Assembly: GCF_006345805.1 (NCBI RefSeq)
Contig: NC_043000.1
Span: 116,684,001 to 116,748,000 of the forward strand
DNA length: 64,000 bases
Direction of reading: 5' to 3'
From: Octopus sinensis
Taxonomy: Eukaryota
Under the pieces are notes generated by a model. That model made no database searches. It worked only from the letters and a program-made list of their open reading frames with translations, and was not told the DNA's origin. The position numbers were made by a program, and so were the translations under genes. Positions 24,233 to 37,224 of this stretch are shown here, piece by piece; positions within the stretch are counted from its first letter, which is position 1; every line of letters begins with the position of its first letter.

Positions 24233-24962
24233 CACACACACACATACTCACGCACATATACATACGTGTATATGAATGTGTATGTGTATATATCTGTGCA
24301 AGTGCTTGTAAACTAATTATTATAATGAAATTCAATTATTAATTAACCCAATGAGCCTGAACAAAGATAATATTAAAATGTAATTCACTGTAATGTTTAA
24401 TTTTACATTCTGAATCGATATTTTAAGCAATTAAATGAAAACGGGGTAATTAACGAGATATGTTGTTGATAAAAGCCATTAATGGAATTAGTGTTTTCCG
24501 AGTAATTGACAATAAAGCATCGTATATTTAAATCACACTTCAGCCCCACTCGCTTTCTCTTCTTGTCTGTCTCTCCCCCCTCTCTCTCTCTCTGACTGTT
24601 TCTCTCCCTGGTTTTATCACTCTGTCCCTCTCTGCGAGTCTCCCTGGTTTCCCTTCTATGTATTTTTTCGGTGTTTAATTTTTGACTATCAATTATAATA
24701 ATTGTTCTCCACATAAGAACAAGGCTTTCGTTTTCATGACGAAGACGATTCGTCAGTTAAACCAGCGGAAGGACAAAATAGGCATTTTCTCTTTCTTATA
24801 GAACTAAGATGAAAAATAAATTTCAACTCGATTTAACTAGACTCCACGCATAATCAATCGGAAAAAATATCTCAACGTGTTTTGTGTGACTCTCGAAGGA
24901 TTATACCGAGCCGTCAACCAAGGATCGTCGCTCGTTGTACTTCCCTTTAAAAATTTTTTCTA

Positions 24963-25144
24963 GGCGTAGGAGTGGCTGTGTGGTAAGTAGCTTTCTTACC
25001 AAACACATGGTTCCGGGTTCACTCCCACTGCGTGGAACCTTGGGCAAGTGTCTTCTACTATAGCCTCGGGCCGACCAAATCCTTGTGAGTGGATTTGGTA
25101 GACGGAAATTGAAAGAAGCCCGTCGTATATATAATATATATATA

Positions 25145-25206
<62 letters not shown>

Positions 25207-25422
25207 TGTGTGTTTATATGTTTGTGTGCCTGTGTTTGTCCCCGCAACATCGCTTGGCGACCGATGCTGGTGTGTTTACGTCCCCGTAACTTAGCGGTTC
25301 GGCAAAAGAGACCGATAGAATAAGTACTAGGCTTACAAAGAATAAGTCCTGGGGTCGATTTGCTCGACTAAAGGCGGTGCTCCAGCATAGCCACAGTCAC
25401 ATGACTGAAACAAGTAAAAGAG
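24963..25422 (+). mobile_element. SINE family S1, full length
   Basis: Near-consensus match to the other S1 copies. Confidence 0.9.
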
Positions 25423-25800
25423 CAATTGTATACAAAAGGGGGCGCACGCATATATACATACTTACAGAGACAAATATATAAGTTAATTCTGTTGAAAGAT
25501 TACCCCTACAAATATAAATTACAATGATATCTATATGTGCCTTTTGATTTGTTTCATCAAACGGATTAATGTTTCTGTCACTACTCATGACGTGTGGCAG
25601 GAAGAAGGCAACGTGTAACGTATGGGAACGTCCAAAGTATAGGGTTCCCCCTTTGTGCTAACATAACTACAAAAATATAAAACCTAAAATTTAACTACCC
25701 ATAATGATATAGAAGCCAGTCAAATATGAGAGGGTAGATTAAATGAATTCACAGCTTTGTACATCAGTTTGATCTTCGGGGATATTTTTGTCTTTTAATC

Positions 25801-26205
25801 ATGACGAAGCGCACTACCTATGTCTATTTAGAGGGCCACATTACCTCGAGGATGGAGGACGTTACGCATCCACAAACCAAGGATGTGATCCACAGAGTGG
25901 ATTTTAAAGAATATACAGTGCCAAGTGGTGATGCTAAACCGAATGTTGTATTTACCAACAGATTTAAACATTTTGTGTGTGCAGCGAAATGTATTGTCTG
26001 AATTGCCATTGAGGAAGTCCTGAAAAATTGTAAAGATTGTGAATCAATTATACATTCCAGTCGCCACCGAACTGCTTGTTATACTGGAAGGTGGAAGACA
26101 CATGTCATACATATGTGTTACCACTAACCACATGGAAGCGGTTTGCCTAGAAAAGACGGCGCGAGAAGGAAAGTACGCACGACTGCCAGTTATACAACTA
26201 GAGTA
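25801..26205 (+). pseudogene. Degenerate Gag-like ORF1 of a non-LTR retrotransposon
   Basis: Coding-like sequence with stops and frameshifts. From 26072: LLVILEGGRHM-S-YI-C-VTTN-H-MEAV-C, which has CX2CX4HX4C spacing (26105-26146) with the first Cys lost. Confidence 0.5.
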
Positions 26206-27592
26206 ACAAAAAAATTCCCACCAAAATTGACAACTATATCAGCATGAAAAGCAAGAGCAATAGTATCAAGTACTGCCAAAAGAACACCAGCAGTATCCAT
26301 GCCACCCCTGGTAGCAGAGACAGCAGGAAGAAAACCACACAAGTCCTTAAATTAATAATTACAACTTCATCAGTAGAGGCCGACACCAGAACACAATAAG
26401 ACACATCATTATCGCCACAATAATACAAAGGATCCGTACTTCATCTATAGCGACAAGAATAACTACGTGTACGCTGTCTTATTTTGCACATGCCTCACTT
26501 TCTTTTGCCTCACATCTTTCCAAATCAGCGGCCTCGTCGTTTGGCGAGGTCTTTTAAATTTCTGCAGCACATTATATTATAATGTGGTTAAGAAACATTA
26601 TTCAGTGTGGCTCTAATAAGTGTAGGTTAATTTTAAGCTTTTGATTAAGTTTCCCGTCGTTACTTTTTCTGCTACCGTCAAAGATTCTATTCTCCGCCTC
26701 ATTTTAAAAGCTGAATTCCTTTAGTTACACTAAATGGTAGGATCAAATAGCCACCTAGGGGAACCTATCCAAATCTCACCTCGTTCCATCACGAATATTA
26801 TCTCTGACCCCTTCAATATTTACAGACTCTCAAGCTGCGAAAGTAGGAAGCAATAGAATTGTATCTTTTTACGAATTAGTTATTTAGTCTCAGATGGAAT
26901 AATTAAGTTGCATCCTAAATATTAGTGAAATTGTGTTCACATTGATAATGTTCCGGCCAGGTAAAACATCATAGCAGAAAGTGATGTGGTACAGCGCCGT
27001 AAGCTATTTTGCTTTGCACCTAACTACTTAAGATTGTATCGTCTCCACTTCTTTCCTTAATTTGCGATCTTAAATTTATAATCATTATAAAAATGAAGAG
27101 TAGAAATATTTATATTAGTTATTCTGCATTTAAATTCACAATTTCAGTTCTCTTTTTCTCTCATTACATTACTATTAAATACCGGCGGCATTAGCTTACA
27201 TCCTCTCGTTTGTCAGATCTGTGTCATTGTGTGTAATCTCTATTGATTGTTGCTATCGGGGATCAAACAAATATTTCTTTTCTATATTTTTAGTTATAGC
27301 CCTGCAGTGCTTCCGAAAATGTTCAAAATGTCTTTTGTCTCTTGAATAATGTATTGAAATTATTACTCTTAAGTTGTGTTTAGAAATTTGTATTTATACT
27401 TTGTAAGGTTGAATACGCGAAAGAGTCTCGTCTTGGTACTTATAAATTTATGAGAATGCTTCTTATTATACTCAGAATACTTTTGTTTTTAGAATCTTCA
27501 ATAGTTAAACACTATCACTTTATTTACGGATCATTTTTAAAGATATATATTTATGGCTGCTTTTATTAAAATAACTATTATAAAATAATATT

Positions 27593-27985
27593 TACTCTTT
27601 TACTTGTTTCAGTCATTTGACTGCGGCCATGCTGGAGCACCACCTTTAGTCGAGTAAATCCACCCAAGGACTTATTCTTTGTAAGCCTAGTACTTATTCT
27701 ATCGGTCTCTTTTGCTGAACCGCTCAGTTATGGGGACGTAAACACATCAACATCGGTTGTCAAGTGACGTTGGGAGGACAAACACAGACACACAAACACA
27801 CATACACATATATATATACATATACATATATACAACGGGCTCCTTTCAATTTTCGTCTACCAAATCCACTCACAAGGCCTTGGTCGGCCCGAGGCTATAG
27901 TAGAAGACACTTGCCCAAGGTGCCACGCAGTAGGACTGAACCATGAACCATGTAGTTGGTAAGCAATCTACTTACCACACAGCCA
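27593..27985 (-). mobile_element. SINE family S1
   Basis: Reverse complement of S1. Confidence 0.9.
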
Positions 27986-29489
27986 AATATTTTCTATAAT
28001 GACCCGAGAGTTTACTTCATTATCCTATAATTGAGAACAAGCGGTTTATCATAGTCTCTATCAATGTCTTTGAACGGCATGGTGTAAATATGTAACATAT
28101 TCCGTCTTTGTGTATTCCATAATATTGCGATAGGCTCTAGGTTCTAGAAAAGTAAGTTAAAGAATTATTTCTAAGAAAGATCATTTTTATACGTTCAGTT
28201 TGGCCTAAAACAGCAGAGAATGAATTAGTTTCATCTATTGTCTTTTGACAAATATCTTGTACACTCGCATTCGATGTATCTCTTAATGACAGATTCAAAA
28301 CCTGTACAAGTGAAACAAATATCTCTTCATCTGCACCCATTCCTGACGCTTTTTTTGCCATATAGACACTTTACATTCCATCAATTCATCATGAACGTTT
28401 CTCCTTTGTGTATAAATATTTATGTTTTTCCCATGATAATTTGCATTTTCTCCCTCACAGCCATTCATAACGCTTGTTGATATCGAATGTGTTGCTACAT
28501 CATAATGTATTTATTCTTCAGAAATCTTGCATTTATCCTTCAGAAACCCTGTAATACATCGCTGGAAAAGACAGTATTTTATGTAGGGTAGTTACCTAGA
28601 AAGGTTTGAGAGATGCGCTGGCATATCACCAATATTTGAAAGAGATGATTTAGCAAATTGTACGCGTAACAATTTTTCCTGTTGCTTTTTCGTTCGCAGA
28701 AAGACCTGATCGAGCAGAACTTTGTTAAGGGAAACAGACAGGCTCTTCTATAGACTCTATTCTATTACAGAGGTTGTACCCACCGTCCTAATATCTAACT
28801 ATATTATGATTATTTTGTGAGGTAGCAGTTGGCGTTTAAATGATTTTGTTAAAGTGACAAATATGGTAAACGAGCAAAAAAAGAATAGGGCAGTGTCTTG
28901 CTAAATCATCCAAAACCCAAGGATTTGATAGTTTTGGCGTTGAAATAAAATTATAAATAACAAAGTAATTATTAGGAATTAAGGAATTTGAATAAACAGA
29001 AAATACTCGAATAAAGGAGGAAATGTATTTTTATTTTTAATTATCTTCATATCAACATCGCATATATTTTCATTGACGTGTTACTGAATTCGCCCATGTA
29101 GCTCTCCAGATGGCTCTTCTAATGTATAGTGTTTCATTGCTTCTTACAATAACACACAGACGTACTCACATGTAGCAACTCTCTCGCATATACTTACACA
29201 TCGCCAATACTTATCCAAACTTACACACGTATGTGTGCATATGTGTATATGTATATATATGTATACATGAATGTATTCAATATACAGCATACATAGAAAG
29301 GAGATTGGTATTTGCGCACGCATATATGTGTGTATACATGTATGTATATGTGTATGTATTTGTAGATGGATGCATCTAAGTATGTGTGAATATGTGCAGG
29401 TGTTTGTAGTTTTTCTCGTACGTTTCTTAAAGCGGTTAAGAGCAAGCCTTTTTGTTTGTTTGCATTTAATCATAAGAATAAAATACTAA

Positions 29490-29615
29490 AATTATATATG
29501 CATATATATATTATATATATATATATATATAATATATATGCATATATATAATATATGCATATATATATATATATATAATAATATATATATATATATATAT
29601 ATATATGCATATATA

Positions 29616-29646
<31 letters not shown>

Positions 29647-29651
29647 ATATA

Positions 29652-29695
<44 letters not shown>

Positions 29696-29743
29696 TATAT
29701 ATAATATATATAATATATATATATTATATATATATATATATGC

Positions 29744-29821
<78 letters not shown>

Positions 29822-29822
29822 T
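29490..29822. repeat. Long interrupted (TA)n tract
   Basis: About 330 bp of TA with periodic tgca interruptions. Confidence 0.95.
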
Positions 29823-30711
29823 AAAGATACTCCATTATTTAAATCCATCACGTAGATACATCCGAACAAGGAAATAAGGAAAAAATATAGATTCTCGTAT
29901 AGTCATATACACACAATACAGATGTATGAATGTTTCTGTTTATATATACACACACCCATGTGTGTGTGTATGTATACATGTATATGTGTATGTGCTTGCT
30001 TGTGTGTGCGAATGCCTGAGCGTGTTTGTATGTGTGTACGTTTGTGTACGTGTGTATGTGTGTGTGTGTGGGGAGGTGTCTGTGCGTATAAAACTCATAA
30101 ATAGCGACTTCACGGTTGTAGATTCACACACGCACACACTCACACGTACACATGTCGTTACGCAAATTTGTTTACATATATCTCTAAAAACCTTCTGAAT
30201 AAGTGACTCTATTTATCTTCTTCGCTATTTCTAACACTTCGATTTACTTAGAGATTTATCTTCCAACCAATTATTTTTAGCTATAAATGTTTTTTTCTCC
30301 CTTACTAACTCTTTATATTTCTTTTTCTTCTCTTTCAGCAACCATTCAACTCAATATTTCAGAAGCAAAGCGAATTTTGCTTACGAGATATTTTTCGATC
30401 CAAACAGTCTTCTCCATTCATTATTTTGTTTGTTTGTGTTTTCAATAGAAATGAATATCAAATGCTAAAATATACTATAGATATTTCTCACGTATTAAAT
30501 GCTTTCTTATTATTGTCAGAAGTCGTGAAATGGCTACGAGTGCACGCAGTAATTATAATGCTTACTGTTTAGTCTTTAAACAATTACGTAAATTCAGGTG
30601 CATCTTTTTATATGATCCCCACCATATTAACGCAATTATTTGTTAAATATATTCATGCAATGAATACTGTTAGGATATTGACAGAATATGCATTATATTA
30701 TCTGTAATATT

Positions 30712-31002
30712 GTGTTGTCAACCAGGAGAATTCATATACGAAGCAATTGTCCCATCTTCCCTTCAGGGTTAGCGAAAGCGATGTGGTGGACAGCGAAAAA
30801 CCTGGCTGATGACAGTCAAGGCTGATCTGGAACCCAACCTAGGCCCCCATGTCTACGGCATTCGTACTGGAATAAGGAAATCACGCGGTCGTTAGCCTCA
30901 AATCGCCAGGCCTGGTCGGCGTTTGTGAGAGATGCAGCATTGAGGATAAATGAAGCTAACTCAACCCAGCCCAAGTGAATGCTGTCTCAAGACAAGACAA
31001 GA
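30712..31002 (+). mobile_element. RTE-clade LINE 3' end
   Basis: QG*RKRCGGQRKTWLMTVKADLEPNLGPHVYGIR, frameshift, LASNRQAWSAFVRDA. This fits the RTE C-terminal G.R.RG...KTW...DL...A.DR..W motif; (CAAGA)3 tail. Confidence 0.78.
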
Positions 31003-31127
31003 TAATATTGTGTGAGCAATCAGGATTCATGTGAGAAGCTATTAATAGGCTTATGATTTATGCTATCCAGTTCAGTTTTATTCTGTTGTATTTCGATATC
31101 TAATTCCTCATAATTTATATTTATCCT

Positions 31128-31322
31128 TTTCTATTCTAGGCACAAGGCCCGAAAGTTTTGGGGAGGAGGCTAGTCGATTAGACCGACCCAGTACGTAACT
31201 GGTACTTAATTTATCGACCTCGAAAGGATGAAAGGCAAAGTCGACCTCGGCAGAATTTGAACCAAGAACGTAAAGACATACGAATTACTGCATTTCGTCC
31301 GGCGTGCTAACGTTTCTGCCAG
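31128..31322 (-). mobile_element. SINE family S2
   Basis: Reverse complement of S2 with the alternative tail. Confidence 0.85.
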
Positions 31323-31349
31323 AAAATTATAAAGAAGAAATGTTTCATT

Positions 31350-31570
31350 CTCGAGCCACGCCAGGCTCATAAGGGCCGATTTTCCGGGTTCAGTGGAGTA
31401 TAAATTCCTCCATTTGGATGGGACGCCGATCCGTCGCAGGGTTACTCATTTCTACTAGCTGAGAGGACTAGATCAACGTGAACACAATGCATCATCCTGT
31501 CCAGGAATCGAAACCACAATCTTAGGATCATGAGTCCAACACCCTGACCACTAAGCCACGCGCCTCCACC
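31350..31570 (-). mobile_element. tRNA-derived SINE (S3-like head, different body)
   Basis: Head ggaggcgcgtggcttagtgg...ggtttcgattcc; tail ggcccttatgagcc...gctcgag shared with 53783-54077. Confidence 0.82.
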
Positions 31571-32085
31571 TCAGAATTTATATTTATCATTAAGCTAGTA
31601 CAAGGCAGCGAGCTGGCATATCCGACAGCACACCGGGCAAAAGGATTAGCGGCATTTTTTCTATCTTTACGTTCTGAGTTCAAATTACGCCGAGGGCAAC
31701 TGCTTTTCAAACTTTTGCACCCACTATTAAATATTGAACCATAAATATATCTCTTTCTATTTACCCATCCCTCCCCACAATACAACACATCGTTAACGCT
31801 TCTCTTTCCAGCTTTCTCACGTTATCGTGTTCTCTTGCTTTTCCCCTCTCCTTTCAACTAATCACATGACTCATTAGACCTTATAATGTATTAATATTAT
31901 ATGTCTTTCTCTACGCCGTCCTCTGTTCTCTACTCTCACTCCTCACCTCTCACTTAATTTTATCCCACCTCTCAGTCACTCCACCTCTCACTCAATCACA
32001 CCACTTCTCATTCTCTCCACTTTTCACTCACTCTATTTCCATCTCTCTAACTAACAAAAGTATAACGAGTGAATGAACAAGCAGC

Positions 32086-32418
32086 TTATTATTATTGTTA
32101 TTTTGGTTTGACTCAGGTTCGGTCTCATTCCTGCTCGGGTTTTTGTGAGTAGCAGTTTACCATCTGATACCTTAGGCATCCGCAAGTTTTCAGCAGTCTT
32201 TCAAGTGCCTAGAACCCTCCCGATAATCCTTGCAGTCCTTAAGAGATAAAATTTCTGTAGGAACTTTCCCGGACATTTTATTCCAATCGCTTTCAGCCAT
32301 TTGTCTATAACTTTGCTTACTATTCCCAGCGCAACAGTTATTATACGCTCGGCATTTACTGTTCTCATGCTCCAAATTTTTCCTATTTCAAACTTTAGGG
32401 GCCTGTATTTTTTTTTGT
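32086..32418 (-). mobile_element. R4/Dong-like (restriction-like endonuclease) LINE 3' end
   Basis: Minus strand: KKYRPLKFEIGKIWSMRTVNAERIITVALGIVSKVIDKWLKAIGIKCPGKFLQKFYLLRTARIIGRVLGT, stop at 32203-32201, then a short UTR and (TAA)n. This fits K..KY..L...W......ALG...LQK..L..TA. Confidence 0.8.
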
Positions 32419-32615
32419 TGGTTCTCTTTCTTTACGGCCCCGAAAAGATGAAAGGCAAAGTCGACCTCGGCGGAATTTGAACTCAGAACGTAGCGACGGG
32501 CAAAATGACGCTAAGCGTTTCGTCCAGCGTGCTAACGATTCTGCCACCTCACCGCTTTAAAACATTGGCACCTCCTCGGCGGGAAATCGAACCCCGGTGG
32601 GGAGGTGCCATAACA

Positions 32616-32688
<73 letters not shown>

Positions 32689-33447
32689 TAGTAATAATTA
32701 ATTGGTTATCTTCAACAAACTATCATTATTAATTGTATATGAAGCATTTTTTCTTTTGATATACACCATTGCTTCCGAATTCCTCATACCTCTGCGATAT
32801 TTATACTCCTCTCTTACCTAGTAGCGTTTCATGGCAACCTGTTTGTACAACAACTACTAAATGCAAACTTAATCCCCGGTTTCGTAAAATCCTTTTAAAA
32901 TTTATATTAATTCTTACATCTTCAAACTCACTATTACCCTATAAATAGTGTACGGAAGTGAATTAATCGTATGACTTGCTCTAAACATTTACTTCGTTTG
33001 TCAATCAAACGAATTCTATTTAACTAAAATCTTTCCCTCTTTTTTTTTTACTTTCGGACATTTGGGATAATCTTTTTAACATCAGACTGGAAAAAAAAAA
33101 GGAAGCAAAAATGTCAGTGAAGTTAGAAGTGAGACAAAGAGAAAAATAAATTTATATTGAATAAATGCGTAGATAAGATGTGATAAATTATATGTAGGTG
33201 CTAAGACAGAAGCACTTCAAGAGTTACATTAGTATGTGATAAACAACGTACGTATGACATGAATTATCCTTGTGTTTTCCTCTTGAACGATGATCAACGG
33301 AAGTGACGAGCTAAAACAGTTAGTCTATTGTTGACTTGCATTAAGAATATACAACATAGTAATCTGTCATTAATGCGTATATTATTCATAGATTTTTTGC
33401 AATTTTAGATGCAGCAGATATTTGTTTGTGTTATAATTTTATTTCTG

Positions 33448-33499
<52 letters not shown>

Positions 33500-33648
33500 T
33501 CAATAATGATAATAAAAACAGAGATCCGTTGAAAAACAGAATGTCATTAACTCTAGGGACCAGCATATTGACATCCGGTACAGATGTATGGCATGGCTTT
33601 GATATTATGAAGGTATATTGCAAAATATATATATATATATATATTTAT

Positions 33649-33955
33649 AGTGGCTGTGTGGTAAGTAGCTAGCTTGCCTACCAACCACATGGTTCCGGGT
33701 TCAGTCCCACCGCGTGGCATCTTGGGCAAGTGCCTTCTACTATAGCCTCGGGCCGACCAAAACCTTCTCAGTGGATTTGGTAGACGGAAACTGAAATAAA
33801 CTAGTGATCAATCATGGCGTGTCAGTCAGGTCAAACATCCCTGAAAGTTTCATCCGAATCCATCAAGCGGTTCTTGATATATCTTTCCCACGGACAAACA
33901 AACAAACAAACACAACTGAAAACAATAGTTCCGCCTTCGCTAAGGTGGAGGTAAT
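33649..33955. mobile_element. S1 SINE 5' part (+, 33649-33797) abutting a Helentron-type fragment (-, 33805-33955)
   Basis: SINE head and core end at actgaaa; the next segment matches 34250-34397. Confidence 0.8.
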
Positions 33956-34023
33956 ATGGTTATATATGTATATAGGAATAACACGTTTTTAGTAGTATGC
34001 AAAAATCATATATTCGTAATAAT

Positions 34024-34397
34024 AAAAAGAGCACTCAGAGAATACAAATGTTCGCCAAGCGACACCAACGTCCTCTCAATGATTAGCTGGAGATGATTTT
34101 TAAAATGAGAATATCTGAAATAAGCTCGACTACTCTCACAAATGAGAATACTAAAAAGGAACCCGACCGCTCTCAAACATTAAGTAAAAAAACAGGAAAA
34201 GGATAATCCAGAATCCTTGTCCGGTGCCATATCGATCTCAAAATTTAATCAGTTCGTGTCAGTCATGAGGCCAAACATCCCTGAAAGTTTCATCCGGATT
34301 CATTCAGCGGTTCTTGAGATATCTTGTCCACGGACAAACAAACAAACAAACACGGCTGAAAACAATACCTCCGCCTTGGCTAAGGCGGTGGTAATAA
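34024..34397 (-). mobile_element. Non-autonomous Helentron-type (HINE/DINE-1-like) element
   Basis: Minus-strand 5' end ttattaccaccgccttagccaaggcggaggt (subterminal IR), (GTTT)n microsatellite, 3' end ...ctctgagtgctc in a T-rich site. Confidence 0.72.
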
Positions 34398-34522
34398 GGT
34401 TATCAGAAGAAACGAAGGAACTGTTCTTTAGCTTATTTTTATACAGGTATAGAAAGCTTTCAGATCTTCGAAGGAAATAAAGTGAAATGGAATGAGGTTA
34501 AAATGAATAGAGAATATGTACG

Positions 34523-35134
34523 TTATTACATCCGCCTTAGCGAAGGCAGAGGTATTCTTTTTAGTCTTGTTTGCTTGTTTGTTTGTTGGTTTGTTTGTCC
34601 GTGGACAAGATATCTCAAGAAGCGCTGGATTGTTTCGGATGAAACTTTCAGGGATGTTAGGCTTCATGACTGGCACGAACTCATTAGATTTTAGGATTGA
34701 TGCTGTACCGAACAAGGATTCTGGATTATTTTTCCTGTTTTTTTCCTTAATGTTCGAGAGCGGTCGGGTACCTTTTTAGTATTCTTGTTTGTGAGAGTAG
34801 TCAAGTTTATTTCAGATATTCTAATTTTAACCCATAAAGTCCCAGAATACTTAAATTTCTGAATATTATTTTAAATATTTACAGATGATTGAAAATAGGT
34901 TAAAATGAAAAATATGAATTATTGAAACTCCTTTACTTGAAGTAGAAATGGAAATACTCGGTGCCCTATAAATAGGACACTGAGACAATGTAATATAGCA
35001 TATTTAATGTTTTCCTTTAGTGTCCTATTTATAGGACAGTGGGACTCAATGGGTTAAAAATTGCATCTGTCTAATCGTTGAGAGAAGGTTGGTGTTGCCT
35101 TGACGGAGGTTTGCGCTCTCTGAGTGCTCTAGTT
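34523..35134 (+). mobile_element. Helentron-type element interrupted by a piggyBac MITE
   Basis: Inverted homolog of 34024-34397; 3' subterminal IR gacggaggt followed by the stem-loop gcgctctctgagtgc. Confidence 0.75.
34831..35053. mobile_element. piggyBac-type MITE (223 bp)
   Basis: TTAA at 34827-30 and 35054-57; TIR cccataaagtccca / tgggactcaatggg; the paralogous host element has a single TTAA at this site. Confidence 0.88.
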
Positions 35135-35246
35135 ACATTTAAGAATTTCTCGCTTATCTCTCAGGAATGATTGTACTTGTATGTGCATATGTATGTGTGT
35201 ATGTGCGAGAGCGCATACCTGTGTATATGTTACTGTATTTAATTGT

Positions 35247-35291
<45 letters not shown>

Positions 35292-35713
35292 TGTGTGTGT
35301 GTGTGTTCAAGTGCGCGCTTTTACATACTATCTTTTTTTATAATGCAGTAAGTGTAGCAGAGTCTATCTACGAGAGGTTAAGGCCTCATATTATCGCCAC
35401 TCCGAGATCCAGCTGAGAATAGACCAGTTCGATGATAATTTCATGAAAGAATTTCAGGTACAAAGAAACATCTTAACCTCTTGCTTTCAAACCAGCATTC
35501 TCTGATCATCTCATGACAGACGCGAATGAAAAGAAAGAGTTTGTATCCTCAGAATAAAATGTGATTCTTCCTTGATCAACATATAATAAATTTAAGATGT
35601 AAAATTATTTTCCAGTTCATACAGCAGTTATGCAAATTAATATGTCACAATATACACACATCTAGGCACCACCACATATCTATCCATCCACCCCTGCATT
35701 CATACTTGCATGC

Positions 35714-35751
<38 letters not shown>

Positions 35752-35958
35752 ATATATATGTATATATATGTACTTATATATATATACATACATATATATA
35801 TGCATATATATACGTATATATACATATACATGTATATATATATACATATATATCAACATGTGGGTGTGTATATATATATATATATATAATATATATCACA
35901 TATGTGTATGTATATGTATATATATGTCTGTCTATCTATCTATCTATCTATCTATCTA

Positions 35959-36072
<114 letters not shown>

Positions 36073-36656
36073 TATAGATAGATAGATATAGATATATATA
36101 TATACATACATATATATATAAACATATACACATATCATATTCACGTAGCATGCAAGTAAGTCATACACATCAAATGCAGAACGGTAAACCAAATATAAAC
36201 ATGAATGCACATACTATAAACGGAAAGATCTAGAAATAGATAACGTGTATTTCCTTGACAAATCCATTAGAGGTTGATGAAATAAAAGCGTTTCTTCATA
36301 CAATTACGATTAGGTTTCTGACTTAAAGTTGCCCTCCCTGTATATACTAGTGAGATGTAACTTAGAAAATTAAGTCGTGTTGTTCTTAGAATTGTCTTAC
36401 TTTTACATGTGAAACGATCGTCTTTGAAGGTGAAGTGTTTGTTATTGTAAATATTTGAGTTACAGTAATTTTAGAACATTTCGCTCAAAATTAAAAACTA
36501 CACAAAGATAATCAAATATTATCGTTGCAAAGTAATATCGACGATTTAGTGTTTTACTTAAGAAACTTTTCTAGGTTTATGATGAGCCGTAGAAGTCATG
36601 CTCGCAGCTTAACCCGGTTTCACGCCCTACAAGTTACTGAAATTACATGAAATAGA

Positions 36657-37224
36657 CTAACACTAAAAAGAGTAATGGTGACTATCTGTGTATTTGGAGT
36701 TACTCTAACACCCCCACACCATCCAACCGATTTTTATGATATTTGGGACCATAGGTAGATCACATAGCCTGAAGTTCAAATAAGACCGCAATTTTTCTAA
36801 AACTCGATAATGCCTAGTTGGCAAGGATTTTTGTGAGCCGATTCGGGCGTTTGAATGGAAATTCTCATAACGATGTTATTTTTCCTGCAGCTTTTGCATT
36901 CTTTGTCCGATTTTGATGAAAATCGATGCTTAAGGCAGTATATGGCGTTGACAAAAAATCGATAATATCGTCTGCGTAGGGGTTTTATAAAATCAATGGG
37001 CTTTTCCGTGCAAATACCCATAGGGATTTTATATTTGACTGTAACTTTTATATTTTCATGTAAATGGTCACATGGGTTCTATTTTATGACATCCCTGCCG
37101 AACCAGATATAACATCTTAATGGGTAATCGTTGGTACGGGGAACGTAGAAGATTTCAATACAAGGTCAGAGGTGGTCTTAACTTCAACACGGAAAACACG
37201 AGCAACGCCTGGTCCAACACCTAG
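36657..37224 (+). mobile_element. Degenerate non-autonomous Helitron
   Basis: caaccgatttttatga motif near the 5' end as in the 19838 element; 3' end acgagcaacgcctggt...CTAG|T at 37221-37225; 5' boundary uncertain. Confidence 0.6.
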
